Assembly (NCBI GenBank): GCA_963701295.1
Contig: OY969585.1
Location: 96,001 to 160,000, forward strand
Direction of reading: 5' to 3'
From: Ignavibacteriota bacterium
GTDB taxonomy: Bacteria > Bacteroidota > Ignavibacteria > UBA10030
Length of the DNA: 64,000 bases
The notes below the pieces were generated by a model. The model saw only the letters and a program-made list of their open reading frames with translations. It was not told the DNA's origin and did not search any database. Positions 1-9,931 of this stretch are shown here, piece by piece. The position numbers and the translations under genes were made by a program. Numbering within the stretch: the first letter of the stretch is position 1; the number at the start of each line of letters is the position of its first letter.

Positions 1-890
1 AAGATGGACACCAAGCGTTTCACCAAAACAAATGCAGCTATCTGAACGGCAAATGCGCGAATATGAAAAGATGTAAAGAGAGCGAAATACCCGAGATCTT
101 TTACCACTATCCCTCCGGGTAGAAAGAATACACCCAGTCGGACAACAGAAAGAACTGCTTCGATGAGGATAGCATGGATAAAAGTAATATGAAATCCTGA
201 TGATTGAGCAACCAGCATTGTTTCCCAGACATCCATCGTCCACAGGAAAAGATAGAAAAGCGCTGGATAGAGGATGCTCCATGCGTTCCTTTTACCTAAT
301 GCAGCGAAGCATTCGTCGGCCTTTTTGAAAGAAGGAAGTGCACGCTTTAATCGGTCTTTAAACGATTGGATATTTATACCGTGGAGTAATTCCCATGCTC
401 TACAGGCGAGTGTACCACGCATAAGGTTCCGAACGATAATGCCAAGGCTGAAGCTTACAAGGATGAGTACACTAATTGCGATGAACAACGTTCCATTTTG
501 AACATAGGAAGTCAATAATTGCTGTTCCGTAACAAAGAATCCAAGTATACAAGCTGTGCAGATAAAGATGAGTTGTGTGATTCCCAATAGCCAATGACGA
601 GTAATCAAACTACCGAGTACTTCAATAGGCGGAACATGAAAACGGCGCTTAAGAATGTACAGCTTGATCGGATCTGTCATAGCAAAACCGCCGGGGATAG
701 AGAGCAGCACAGATTCGGCGCTCAACTGGGCACCAAACAGAGATTTTACTCCGATCTTCGATATAGGGAATAGCATGGACTTCCAAGCGATTGTATCCAA
801 TAACATGCCTATATAAAAAGGAAGCGGTAACACGAGCAGCATCCAATTATATTGAATTATAGAGAAATTGAATTGAGAGAGAGTGCTCAA
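1..890 (-). CDS. Lysylphosphatidylglycerol synthase TM-domain (UPF0104/flippase-like) membrane protein, 3' end runs off the window
   Basis: Absent from the ORF track because it has no stop in the window. Manual translation gives an open frame from TTG 890 (or ATG 842): ...MLLVLPLPFYIGMLLDTIAWKSML...SIPGGFAMTDPIKLYILKRRF...FFLPGGIVVKDLGYFALF... It has many TM segments and the two PGG motifs typical of this family. Confidence 0.7.
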   Translation of the reverse strand, partial: MSTLSQFNFSIIQYNWMLLVLPLPFYIGMLLDTIAWKSMLFPISKIGVKSLFGAQLSAESVLLSIPGGFAMTDPIKLYILKRRFHVPPIEVLGSLITRHWLLGITQLIFICTACILGFFVTEQQLLTSYVQNGTLFIAISVLILVSFSLGIIVRNLMRGTLACRAWELLHGINIQSFKDRLKRALPSFKKADECFAALGKRNAWSILYPALFYLFLWTMDVWETMLVAQSSGFHITFIHAILIEAVLSVVRLGVFFLPGGIVVKDLGYFALFTSFHIRAFAVQIAAFVLVKRLVSI

Positions 891-1687
891 CAGCTGCTTC
901 CTTCTGAAGGTTCACTTTTTCAGTTGAAAGATAATTATTCTATATTATCCAATGATTAGGAATGCATTATGAAGATGCAAAGTTAATATGAAATTGCAGC
1001 CTGCAATATTTATCGACTTGCATGGATGAGCAATGATTTATACTGTCCAATACATTGTTCGTATTTTTCTTTCGTATATCTAATGAGAATAGATGTTGGT
1101 TGAATGAGTAGAAGACGCTTCGTTATATTGATTGTCACGGCTTGTTCCAATGCTGCACAATGCCAGAGCGTTCAGCAGCAGGACTCGGTTTCGACTAAAT
1201 CTCTTTTTCAGCGTTCCTTGTTCCGACGCCAGGGAGTTTCTTGACTGCATCAAACTTCGCCTTCATGAAGCGACGCATCCTGATGAATCCTCATTTATAT
1301 CAGTAGGGATTGTCGCGGGAACGAATGTGGCTCGCGACATTGAAGAAATATCAAATCTTTTCTCAACCGCTCTTTTTTTGTTGTCCTCTGGTTTTGGATT
1401 TACCATGGAATTTTAATCGAATACGTATAAGCATACATCACTTATCACGGCATAGTGAAGTCGTAGTCTACCTGCATTCCTTAATGCAATCAATGCTTGG
1501 AAACTTATTATACTTATGCAAGTATTTTACCAATGGAGTGGACAGGTTTGTATAAAGGGAAATCTGACGTGTAAGCCTTGATGGACATCGATAATGATTG
1601 AGAGGCGGGTTTGTTCGCCATCGCTTCATCATATATGTCTTTTCGATAGATAGATCAGCACCGACGAGTATCGATGACAACTACATC

Positions 1688-1717
1688 TGCGCCATAGGCG
1701 GTTGCACCTCTGGCGCA
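1688..1717. repeat. REP-like imperfect palindrome
   Basis: TGCGCCATAGGCGGTTGCACCTCTGGCGCA. Related half-copies occur at ~11005-11022 (GCGCCACAGGCGCCATCC) and ~55626-55645 (CCGCCAGAGTCGGACCCGCC). Confidence 0.45.
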
Positions 1718-1809
1718 AAAGAACATAGATGGCATTATAGATTGCATGATACCTCGAGAGTTTTTTTCTCTTAACTTATTCCTTTTTAAAATAGTTAAGT
1801 GACCCTGAA

Positions 1810-2250
1810 TCATACTGCCACATCTGTACCACGTCCAAAGGGTTTCCTCGCGATATTAGGAAAGAAGCCGGCAATGCCGCAGAGTATGGACAGAACAATG
1901 ACGGCGAACGGCCAAACCCAATTATTGGCGTTCCACCGTGCATCACCTGGAGACGAAGGATCATACAGAACGGAGACTATCTTTCCCGGCCGCAATTTTG
2001 CCCTCTCTAAACCACTCATGCCTTTTGTACTTGGAAGAGCCTCCTTGATTCGGAACGTCTGACCTTCAACAGTGTACTGAATGGTGAAATTTGATCCGTC
2101 TCTTGCTACGACTTGCCCCTGAGTTTCGGACGCTGATGAAGTAAAAATCAAGTAGTCCGACAAAAGGCAAACCCCATAAGGCAATCCAATGGCTGACAAA
2201 ACGATTAAGAATAAAATTCTTGGCTTTTGTGGATATGGTGGCATGTTCAT
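1810..2250 (-). CDS. DUF3592-like small membrane protein
   Basis: N-terminal TM, TQGQVV, IQYTVEGQTF, GKIVSVLYDPSSPGDAR, then a C-terminal TM. Start placed at ATG 2250 (MNMPP) rather than the track's 2370. Confidence 0.7.
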   Translation of the reverse strand: MNMPPYPQKPRILFLIVLSAIGLPYGVCLLSDYLIFTSSASETQGQVVARDGSNFTIQYTVEGQTFRIKEALPSTKGMSGLERAKLRPGKIVSVLYDPSSPGDARWNANNWVWPFAVIVLSILCGIAGFFPNIARKPFGRGTDVAV

Positions 2251-2317
2251 TTGAATTCTCAAATGATGATAAACGGGATCACATTTGATTGTGACGATGC
2301 TCGACGCAATTAGGACC

Positions 2318-2376
2318 ACCTGACGGATGACGGCTCTGCCCAAAAGGCAGCGGACAATTGATTTTAGCAATTAACC
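2318..2376 (-). mobile_element. Degenerate attC-like integron cassette site
   Basis: Minus strand GGTTAAT...AATCAATTGTCCG CTGCC TTTT GGGCAG...GTCAGGT, 59 bp, lying between two co-oriented genes. Both core boxes are imperfect. Confidence 0.3.
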
Positions 2377-2382
2377 ACATAT

Positions 2383-2898
2383 CTATTTCCTTTTGATCTT
2401 CACTCGTGCAAAGGGTTGCAATTTCCCGTTCTCTTCGCCATCCATCAACCATTGCCAAGTGTCAGTACCTTTTTCGTACACGAATGTTGTATGGAAAAGA
2501 CTGCCATCACTGCCCTTAAATAAGAACGCAATCTTATCGTCGCTCCGTTCTGCATGACCGATGGCTTGAGCTGAGAGGCCACCGCTACCGGTTACATCGA
2601 GCCAAAGACAAGCGTACTGGTTTGATGGTTTATCCCAGCCGAAAAAAACAATTGCTTCATACATCGCCTCACCATGAGCGTTTTTTTCGCGCGACACTTC
2701 ATGAAGTCTCACGTACTGATGACCGAGTACCCATTCTGTAACAATATCGTGTATCGTCTCTTTTCCAGCTATGGTACCTTGAAGAACCCACTTCCCAATC
2801 AGATGATCAAGCAAGGAATCCTTGAATGTCGTTTGTTGTGCTAAAACAGAGGAAGAAACCAGAACAATGAAAAGGAAGATTTTCATAATTATTTTCAT
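2383..2898 (-). CDS. Secreted DUF1579-like protein
   Basis: Signal peptide (MKIIMKIFLFIVLVSSSVLAQ), LDHLIGKWVLQG, EWVLGHQY, WLDVTG. GGAGA RBS lies before ATG 2898. Confidence 0.7.
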   Translation of the reverse strand: MKIIMKIFLFIVLVSSSVLAQQTTFKDSLLDHLIGKWVLQGTIAGKETIHDIVTEWVLGHQYVRLHEVSREKNAHGEAMYEAIVFFGWDKPSNQYACLWLDVTGSGGLSAQAIGHAERSDDKIAFLFKGSDGSLFHTTFVYEKGTDTWQWLMDGEENGKLQPFARVKIKRK

Positions 2899-2926
2899 TG
2901 AATATATCTCCAAAATACTATTTTGC

Positions 2927-2945
2927 GTCTAACATGTAATTAGAT
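2927..2945 (-). mobile_element. attI-like simple site (L box, 5 bp spacer, GTTRRRY)
   Basis: Minus strand ATCTAAT-TACAT-GTTAGAC, ~29 nt upstream of the ATG of the 2383-2898 gene. The geometry matches attI1 (CCCTAAA-ACAAA-GTTRRRY). Confidence 0.35.
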
Positions 2946-3332
2946 AGACTTAGTCTATATTTTGTCTGTAATAGGAAAATATAAAAACTTTGTGCTTCCT
3001 ATTGCATCCACAAATTGCCAATCCTCGGGCTCAATGTGCGGCCACAATTCCCTTCCATAGTTTGGAATATTAAAAACAATCATAGGAATGTGTATGTTAT
3101 CCGCAGGGACATTTAATGAAACGTTTCTGCAATAGCAATAAATTTTAATTTCTCAAGAACTGCCATTGGCAATTCCCAAGTGTAACAATCAACGATTTGA
3201 GAATTTTTTATGTTATAAATATACGCGTTTCTCGATGGGAGGGCAAGATCAAAAGTAATAAGTAAAACAGTAACGAGTTATTAAGTGACATCAGAATTTA
3301 CTTCCCAATACTCATAAAAGTTCAGGGAGAAC

Positions 3333-3372
3333 TTGTAAGAGAACTTAACAAATTGGTAATGATTTGTTCATC
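3333..3372 (+). promoter_or_regulatory. Pho-box-like direct repeats upstream of pst operon 1
   Basis: CTTAACA (3344), GGTAATG (3355) and GTTCATC (3366) at 11-bp period, with a weaker unit at ~3333. The CTTAACAA unit is shared with the box at 11881. Confidence 0.5.
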
Positions 3373-3439
3373 GTTTGGAAAAGCGGATTTACTATTTTAT
3401 TACCATCAATTATGAGCAACAATTTGCAAGGAGGTTCAA

Positions 3440-3589
3440 ATGAAACAATGGTTATCAGCACACATCCTCTCTTCCGAAGATTTCATGCCGGAAGACACCT
3501 TCCCCCCGAGTAATGAAGAGTTTTATATAACCCTCAGTATGGTGGGCATTGCCTTAGTGCTCTTTGCCGTTATCGTGCATCTTCTCTGA
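3440..3589 (+). CDS. 49-aa single-TM small protein, first ORF of the pst1 locus
   Basis: AAGGAGGT RBS, then ATG 3440: MKQWLSAHILSSEDFMPEDTFPPSNEEFYITLSMVGIALVLFAVIVHLL*. Below the ORF-track size cut-off. Confidence 0.6.
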   Translation: MKQWLSAHILSSEDFMPEDTFPPSNEEFYITLSMVGIALVLFAVIVHLL

Positions 3590-3730
3590 ACTTAATTTAT
3601 CTCTTTCATTTGTCATTACAGAGCCATAAAATATTCTCAGAAATAGATTTATACATTCTCTTTACTTTCGCGCAGCAAGATGTAAAAAAATCAATCCACA
3701 ACCATTCACAAACAAAAGGAACAACTCACA

Positions 3731-4876
3731 ATGAAGAAAACCCTACCTATCATTGCATCCCTGATATTGCTGAGCTCAACAGCAATTTTCGGCCAAGGAA
3801 AATTCAGCGGCTATATGTTTGGGGATTACTATTATAACGTTACACGTGATCCGAATATCGGGAGTTCGAACATCGCCAGCCCAGCTGGAACGACCGCATA
3901 TCAAGCATTCCAATTACGACGAATTTATTTCACTTACGATAACGACATCTCCGAGCAATTTACCACCCGGTTTCGATTAGAAGCCGATCAGGCGGCTGCC
4001 ACAAGTGCCCCGACCGCATCAGGTGACGTTCTCCCCAGCGGCAAAGTCGGTGTGTTTGTCAAAGACGCTTACTTGATGTGGAAAAATATTTTTACCGGAA
4101 GCAACCTGATATTTGGTGTTCAGCCCACTCCCGCCTATGATGTCTCTGAAGCGGCTTGGGGGTATCGTTCACTTGAAAAGACAATTATGGATTTACGCGG
4201 GATTGTTTCTTCACGTGATCTCGGAGTTTCTCTGAAAGGAAAAATCACAGACAATGGGATGATCAACTACTGGGCAATGTTTGCAAATGGAAGCGGCAAC
4301 AACGTGGAAACAGATAAATACAAGCGCTACTATGCACACATTCAACTCAAACCAGTTACAAACCTTCAAGCAACATTATATGTAGATTATAAAGATGCAG
4401 CAAACATACTCAACAGCTACACAAAGAGTAGTGTCAACAACAGCGCCGTAACTACTGCATTGTTTATTGGCTATAGCGAACCGTATAGTTATAATATCGG
4501 CGTTGAAGCCTTCATGCAATCCATTTCCAACGCTCTCAAAGATACACTCACAAAAGCATATTCGTCAAAATCTATTTTAGGTTACTCTGTGTTTGGTTCT
4601 TTCAACATCATACCTGAACTTGCAATCGTTGCTCGCTATGACAATTTCAATCCAAGCACTGATGATATGGGGAAAGACCCTGTTTCAGTAACTGCCGCTG
4701 TCGCAAACGGAAATTTATCGCGTAACTATGTGATCGCCGGATTATCATGGAAAGTCGACAAGAATGTATCGATTATGCCGAACATTTTGTACGAGACCTA
4801 TGAGACACCGAAGGGCGGAAAATCCATAGATGCTTCTACGACCGCCCGCCTCACATTCTATTATGTATTTTTATAG
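3731..4876 (+). CDS. Outer-membrane beta-barrel, probable phosphate-selective porin
   Basis: Signal peptide, porin-like FQLRRIYFTYD and VKDAYLMW segments, C-terminal strand RLTFYYVFL. Directly upstream of pstS. Confidence 0.75.
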   Translation: MKKTLPIIASLILLSSTAIFGQGKFSGYMFGDYYYNVTRDPNIGSSNIASPAGTTAYQAFQLRRIYFTYDNDISEQFTTRFRLEADQAAATSAPTASGDVLPSGKVGVFVKDAYLMWKNIFTGSNLIFGVQPTPAYDVSEAAWGYRSLEKTIMDLRGIVSSRDLGVSLKGKITDNGMINYWAMFANGSGNNVETDKYKRYYAHIQLKPVTNLQATLYVDYKDAANILNSYTKSSVNNSAVTTALFIGYSEPYSYNIGVEAFMQSISNALKDTLTKAYSSKSILGYSVFGSFNIIPELAIVARYDNFNPSTDDMGKDPVSVTAAVANGNLSRNYVIAGLSWKVDKNVSIMPNILYETYETPKGGKSIDASTTARLTFYYVFL

Positions 4877-4891
4877 TCAACAATTCAGCAG

Positions 4892-4921
4892 GAATCCCGA
4901 AGTCTGAAGATTTCGGGATTC
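4892..4921 (+). terminator. Intergenic stem-loop (porin-pstS), attenuator or mRNA stabiliser
   Basis: GAATCCCGAAGTC-TGAA-GATTTCGGGATTC followed by TATTTTAT. Confidence 0.55.
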
Positions 4922-4939
4922 TATTTTATATAGAAGGAG

Positions 4940-5977
4940 ATGAAAATGAAATTAACGAAGATAATTCTGAGCCTGCTCGTTGCAGTTTCGCTGGGAAGTG
5001 CAGTGCAGGCACAATTAAAACTTAATGGCGCAGGTGCAACGTTTCCCTATGTCATTTATTCCAAATGGTTCGATGTGTACAGCAAAGATAACGGTGTTCA
5101 GTTCAATTACCAGTCGATAGGAAGCGGAGGCGGAATAAAACAAACGATCGAAGGAACAGTCGATTTCGGGGCAACAGATGGACCGATGTCGAACGATCAA
5201 CTCAAAGAAGCAAAAGAAAAACAGGGAACAGATGTTTTACACATCCCGACCGTCATGGGAGCGGTTGTCGTGACGTATAACCTTCCGGAAGGCGGAAAAG
5301 ATCTGCATCTTTCACCGGATGTACTGGCGCAAATATACCTTGGCCAGATCACAAAGTGGAACGATGGACAAATTGCAAAAATTAATTCCGGAAAAAATTT
5401 GCCGGATAAATCGATTATCGTCGTTCATCGATCGGATGGAAGCGGCACGACAAACATCTTTACTGATTATCTTACAAAAGTCAGCAAAACATGGTCCGTG
5501 AATATTGGCAAAGGAACTTCCGTGAACTGGCCGGTCGGCCTCGGTGGGAAAGGAAACGAAGGCGTTGCCGGCCTTGTGAAGCAATCGGATGGCTCCATCG
5601 GGTACGTCGAGCTTGCGTATGCCGTAAAGAACAACCTCCCGTATGCAGTTCTCCAGAATAAAGCCGGTAAATTTGTAGATGCAAGTTTTGAATCTGTTTC
5701 CGCAGCAGCCGCAGGTGCCCTCGACAACATGCCGGAAGATTTGCGCGTTTCAATTACAAACGCAGATGGAAAAGAATCTTATCCAATCTCCGGATTTACA
5801 TGGCTCTTGGTTTATAAAAACATGAAAGATAAATCCAAAGCACAGGAAATCGTAAAATTCTTGAAGTGGGCGATGAACGATGGGCAATCCTATGCAAAAG
5901 ATTTGTACTATGCTCCCCTGCCTAAAGAAGTAGTGGCACTCTGTGAAAAGAAAATTGAAAGCATTCAAACAAAGTGA
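4940..5977 (+). CDS. pstS: Phosphate ABC transporter substrate-binding protein (E. coli-type PstS)
   Basis: GAGATFPY, YQSIGSGGG, VDFGATD, HRSDGSGTT, GSIGYVE, YPISGFTW. Confidence 0.95.
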   Translation: MKMKLTKIILSLLVAVSLGSAVQAQLKLNGAGATFPYVIYSKWFDVYSKDNGVQFNYQSIGSGGGIKQTIEGTVDFGATDGPMSNDQLKEAKEKQGTDVLHIPTVMGAVVVTYNLPEGGKDLHLSPDVLAQIYLGQITKWNDGQIAKINSGKNLPDKSIIVVHRSDGSGTTNIFTDYLTKVSKTWSVNIGKGTSVNWPVGLGGKGNEGVAGLVKQSDGSIGYVELAYAVKNNLPYAVLQNKAGKFVDASFESVSAAAAGALDNMPEDLRVSITNADGKESYPISGFTWLLVYKNMKDKSKAQEIVKFLKWAMNDGQSYAKDLYYAPLPKEVVALCEKKIESIQTK

Positions 5978-6002
5978 TTTGAATAATTACTTGAATATAA
6001 TC

Positions 6003-6032
6003 AGTAGCCGGACAACTTCTTGTCCGGCTACT
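6003..6032 (+). terminator. Perfect 13-bp stem-loop between pstS and pstC
   Basis: AGTAGCCGGACAA-CTTC-TTGTCCGGCTACT. This is the usual position of a hairpin that stabilises pstS mRNA. Confidence 0.7.
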
Positions 6033-6054
6033 CAATTTCCTTATTGATATCATT

Positions 6055-7023
6055 ATGGATTCAGTGCTGACCGGACAAAATATACCCAAAGCTTCAAAAG
6101 GTAGGTTGCAAAACCCAGGCGATTTTCTTTTTAAAAATCTTACGCGATTTTTTGCGGCACTCATACTTGTACTCGTAGTGCTCATGGCATATGAAATGAT
6201 GCGCACATCGGCATTATCATGGCATAAATTTGGATTTAACTTTTTTGTACGCAGCATCTGGGATCCAGTCCAGGATGAGTACGGCGCCCTTCCATTTATT
6301 TACGGAACATTGGTGTCGTCTCTGCTTTCTCTTCTTATTGCAGTTCCTTTGAGCCTGGGCATCGCTGTATTCTTGACCGAAGTAGCTCCACGGTGGCTTG
6401 AACGCCCGGTCTCGTTCTTTGTAGAAATGCTGGCGGGAATTCCCAGTATCGTGTACGGTGTATGGGGATTTTTCGTGATGGTTCCCTGGCTGCGCAGTAC
6501 CATAGAACCATTCATCTCAAATCATTTGGGATTCATTCCGCTTTTCCGCGGCGCACCGTACGGCGTCGGGATGCTTGCAGCCGGCTTCATTCTTTCGATC
6601 ATGATTTTGCCGATTATTGCATCTATCTCGCGGGACGTTCTGAAAGCAGTGCCTCGTTCGCAAACTGAAGCATCGCTGGCACTCGGTTCAACGCGCTGGC
6701 AGGCGACACGCATTGCATTGGCATATTCGCGTTCCGGCATTTTTGGCGCTGTCGTCCTTGGACTTGGGAGAGCAATCGGTGAAACTATGGCAGTGACAAT
6801 GGTTATCGGCAACCGCCCGACAATTTCGGCGTCTCTCTTTGAGCCGGGTTATACGATGGCAAGCGTGTTAGCGAATGAATTTACTGAAGCAACCTCGGAA
6901 ATGTACATTAGTGCGCTCGTTGAAATCGCGTTGACATTGTTCATCATCACTATCATTATCAATTCATTTGCGCGATTGCTTATATGGAGCGTCACTTCCA
7001 ATGAAAGAGCCCAAAAGGCATAA
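6055..7023 (+). CDS. pstC: Phosphate ABC transporter permease PstC
   Basis: WDPV..YGALPFIYGTL, EMLAGIPSIVYG, GRAIGETMAV. Confidence 0.95.
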   Translation: MDSVLTGQNIPKASKGRLQNPGDFLFKNLTRFFAALILVLVVLMAYEMMRTSALSWHKFGFNFFVRSIWDPVQDEYGALPFIYGTLVSSLLSLLIAVPLSLGIAVFLTEVAPRWLERPVSFFVEMLAGIPSIVYGVWGFFVMVPWLRSTIEPFISNHLGFIPLFRGAPYGVGMLAAGFILSIMILPIIASISRDVLKAVPRSQTEASLALGSTRWQATRIALAYSRSGIFGAVVLGLGRAIGETMAVTMVIGNRPTISASLFEPGYTMASVLANEFTEATSEMYISALVEIALTLFIITIIINSFARLLIWSVTSNERAQKA

Positions 7024-7027
7024 GAGC

Positions 7028-7882
7028 ATGGAGAACTACCGATTTCATATTCGAAAATTTATAAGCCTGCTTATGTTCACATTGTGCGGATTAAGCGTGC
7101 TTGTAGCACTCGTTCCGCTCATTCTCATTTTTTATCGGACTGCCGCATTTGGATTTTCTGCTATCAATTGGGATTTTTTCACACAGATGCCCAAGCCTGT
7201 CGGTGAATCCGGCGGAGGCCTGGCAAATGCGATTGTCGGTACCATGATTCTTGTCGGATTAGGATCCTGCATGAGTTTGCCGATCGGTGTTATGGCGGGA
7301 ATTTATTTAGCCGAATACGGAAATAATTGGTTCGGACAATCCGTCCGTTTTTTGACAGATGTTTTGAACGGTGTTCCTTCTATTGTCACGGGTGTTGTCG
7401 CATATACCGTGGTTGTGCTGCCTATGAAACATTTTTCGGCATATGCCGGCGGTGTAGCGTTAGGCATTCTAATGATTCCGACTATTACCCGAACGACAGA
7501 AGAAATACTGAGGACCGTTCCGCATTCACTGCGGGAGGCCGCTCTAGCTCTTGGAATTCCCCGTTGGAAAACATCGCTTCAAATTGTCTTACGTACCGCA
7601 ATGAGCGGTGTTGTTACTGGTATACTGTTAGCCGTTGCAAGAGCGGCCGGAGAAACTGCGCCTCTGCTATTTACAGCGCTCAACAATCGTTTTTGGAACA
7701 CCTCCATGAATCAGCCGATGGCTTCGCTTACTGTCTTCATCTACAATTACGCGGTATCGCCGTTTGACGATTGGATTGCACAAGCTTGGGCAGGAACTTT
7801 CGTGTTGATGACATTAATTTTACTTCTAAGCCTGACGGTTCGGTTTGCTACACGCAATAAATTTGCCGGGAACCTATTATGA
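7028..7882 (+). CDS. pstA: Phosphate ABC transporter permease PstA
   Basis: [39 protein letters not shown]. Start placed at ATG 7028. Confidence 0.95.
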   Translation: MENYRFHIRKFISLLMFTLCGLSVLVALVPLILIFYRTAAFGFSAINWDFFTQMPKPVGESGGGLANAIVGTMILVGLGSCMSLPIGVMAGIYLAEYGNNWFGQSVRFLTDVLNGVPSIVTGVVAYTVVVLPMKHFSAYAGGVALGILMIPTITRTTEEILRTVPHSLREAALALGIPRWKTSLQIVLRTAMSGVVTGILLAVARAAGETAPLLFTALNNRFWNTSMNQPMASLTVFIYNYAVSPFDDWIAQAWAGTFVLMTLILLLSLTVRFATRNKFAGNLL

Positions 7883-8709
7883 GAGATTATCCCGGAACAA
7901 CACAAACTTTCACCGAGATGGATACGATACCTGAAAATGGCAAAGGGATTCCTGTGGACCATAACAAAATAGTCGCAGAAAATGTATCGGCATTTTTTGG
8001 CAAGGTACAAGCAATTAAGGATATTCAAATAAGTATTCCGGAGAATTCAATTGTAGCCATCATCGGCCCTTCGGGCTGCGGCAAGTCGACATTCCTTCGT
8101 TCGATCAATCGAATGCATGAATTAATTCATGGAACAAGAGTCACAGGAAAGATTCTTCTTGATGGAGAAGATGTGTACAGTATGGATCCAGTGCTTATTC
8201 GAAAAAAGATTGGTATGGTATTCCAAAAACCCAACCCGTTTCCAACGATGTCTATTTTCGACAATGTCGCTGCGGGCTTACGCATGGGAGGTGCGCATGA
8301 CCGCAAGAATGTCGCGGAGATTGTCGAGCGAAGTCTTCAGCAAGCAGCGTTGTGGAATGAAGTGAAAGATTCACTTTCAAAGAGCGGGGTCGGTCTTTCG
8401 GGCGGACAGCAGCAGAGATTGTGTATTGCACGTGCACTCGCTGTTAATCCAGAAGTACTTTTGATGGATGAACCGGCAAGCGCTCTTGATCCGATTGCCA
8501 CTGCAAAAATTGAAGAACTCCTTTTTGAATTGAAAAAGCGTTATACGATTGTTATTGTCACACACAACATGCAGCAAGCAGCTCGCGTGAGCGATTATAC
8601 CGCTTTTTTTTATATGGGGGAACTGATCGAATACGATATAACAAAAAAGATATTCACGGCGCCATCGATTAAACAAACAGAAGATTATGTTACAGGAAGA
8701 TTTGGATAA
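7879..8709 (+). CDS. pstB: Phosphate ABC transporter ATPase PstB
   Basis: [62 protein letters not shown]. Confidence 0.97.
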   Translation: MRDYPGTTQTFTEMDTIPENGKGIPVDHNKIVAENVSAFFGKVQAIKDIQISIPENSIVAIIGPSGCGKSTFLRSINRMHELIHGTRVTGKILLDGEDVYSMDPVLIRKKIGMVFQKPNPFPTMSIFDNVAAGLRMGGAHDRKNVAEIVERSLQQAALWNEVKDSLSKSGVGLSGGQQQRLCIARALAVNPEVLLMDEPASALDPIATAKIEELLFELKKRYTIVIVTHNMQQAARVSDYTAFFYMGELIEYDITKKIFTAPSIKQTEDYVTGRFG

Positions 8710-8728
8710 TAACGAGGAGAAAATAAAG

Positions 8729-9412
8729 ATGGATAGGCATTTTCAACATGAGCTGGAAAGTTTAAAAACAATACTCATCAAAATGGGAAGCATTGTCGAA
8801 GAAAATATTACCAATGCCCTTCAAGCATTGTTGGATCGAAATGAATCCCTTGCGCAAAAAGTTTTCGAAAACGAGGTGCGTATAAACACCCTTGAATTAG
8901 AGATAGACAATGCTATCATTGACTTGCTCGCACTCCAGCAGCCAGTCGCAAGCGACTTGCGGTTTATTATCGCAGCGCAAAAGATCAATAATGATCTCGA
9001 ACGTATCGGCGACCATGCAGTCAATATTGCAGAATCCGATTTAAACCTTCTCAAAATGAAACCATTAGATACTCTGTTAGAACTTCCCAAAATGGTAGTG
9101 ACGACAAAACTTATGCTGCGCAATGCACTTGACAGCTTTATCTTGCTGGATCCAAAAATGGCACAGACAGTGCTTGAAACCGACGACCAGATTGACAACC
9201 TCAACAGGTCTATGACATCAGAAGTTATTGAAATGCTTAGGTCAGATAAACGGTCAATAGAATGTGGATTGGAACTTATTCGCATCAGCCGAAATTTAGA
9301 ACGCGTTGCAGACATTGCCACTAACATCGCCGAGGATGTAATATTTCACACCCAAGCACGAGTTGTGAAACATCATGCAGAAGAAAAAGAATTAATTCAA
9401 ACCCGGCAGTAA
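8729..9412 (+). CDS. phoU: Phosphate signalling protein PhoU
   Basis: LLALQQPVASDLR, DLERIGDHAVNIA, NLERVADIATNIAE. GAGGAG RBS lies before ATG 8729. Confidence 0.95.
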   Translation: MDRHFQHELESLKTILIKMGSIVEENITNALQALLDRNESLAQKVFENEVRINTLELEIDNAIIDLLALQQPVASDLRFIIAAQKINNDLERIGDHAVNIAESDLNLLKMKPLDTLLELPKMVVTTKLMLRNALDSFILLDPKMAQTVLETDDQIDNLNRSMTSEVIEMLRSDKRSIECGLELIRISRNLERVADIATNIAEDVIFHTQARVVKHHAEEKELIQTRQ

Positions 9413-9417
9413 CAATA

Positions 9418-9849
9418 CTATTTCAGATTAATAAGAATAACGCCGACTGAACTCAATATAATACCGACGATATTTATGAACGTTATCTCTTCTCTGTACC
9501 ACAGAACTCCAATGAATGCTAAAGCAATCGTAGTAAAAGAACCAGCGATGATTGATGTTGTACTTATTTTCCATCCAGTTCGATACGCGTACAGAAAACC
9601 CAATTCAACCATTACAAGAGAAAAACCTAATAACACAATCGGCTACCATTTTTGACTGTTGAACAATAATGTTCCTTTTTTAATTTCACTATTGAATATC
9701 AAAACTGCAACACAGCTCACGAATGCAATGAAATATGCCGATGCTATGGCAATGAGTGCATTCGCTTCTTTGGGAATATTTTTCTGACACACACTGTACA
9801 GTAAAACGCCAATTATGATAAGTGGGATGGAAAGAGTATGCCAATTCAT
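9418..9849 (-). pseudogene. EamA/DMT-like small transporter interrupted by an in-frame TAG
   Basis: Track ORFs 9643-9849 and 9418-9636 are in the same frame: ...NSQKW*PIVLLGFSLVMVELGFLYAYRTGW...LWYREEIT... The TAG is at 9643-9645. Confidence 0.75.
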
Positions 9850-9871
9850 AAATTATCTCCTAATTTTTGCT

Positions 9872-9931
9872 GCCTAACAGAATCACAATACGCAACGGGC
9901 GAAACCTGTCCGCTTCATTGCGATGTGAGGC
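9872..9931 (-). mobile_element. attC-like integron cassette recombination site (60 bp)
   Basis: Minus strand GCCTCAC ATCGC AATGAAGC GGACAGGTTTCGCCCGTT GCGTATT GTGATTCT GTTAGGC, read as R''/L''/L'/R'. It overlaps the upstream stop codon and is followed by RBS and ATG. Confidence 0.55.

Noticed and set aside
274-846. Track ORFs 274-501 (+) and 649-846 (-)
   Set aside because: Both are shadow frames of the longer minus-strand membrane protein ORF 1-890.
2946-3330. Integron integrase next to the attI-like site
   Set aside because: No ORF with tyrosine-recombinase motifs here or anywhere in the ORF track.
3610-3627. E. coli-type pho box TTGTCAT-TACA-GAGCCAT before the porin
   Set aside because: Only one good half-site, and it differs from the TTAACA-type consensus of the clearer arrays.
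9643-9645. In-frame TAG as pyrrolysine or stop-codon recoding
   Set aside because: TAG is used as a normal stop by several intact genes here (e.g. porin, pstC copy 2, comF) and no pyl genes are present. A nonsense mutation or sequencing error is simpler.
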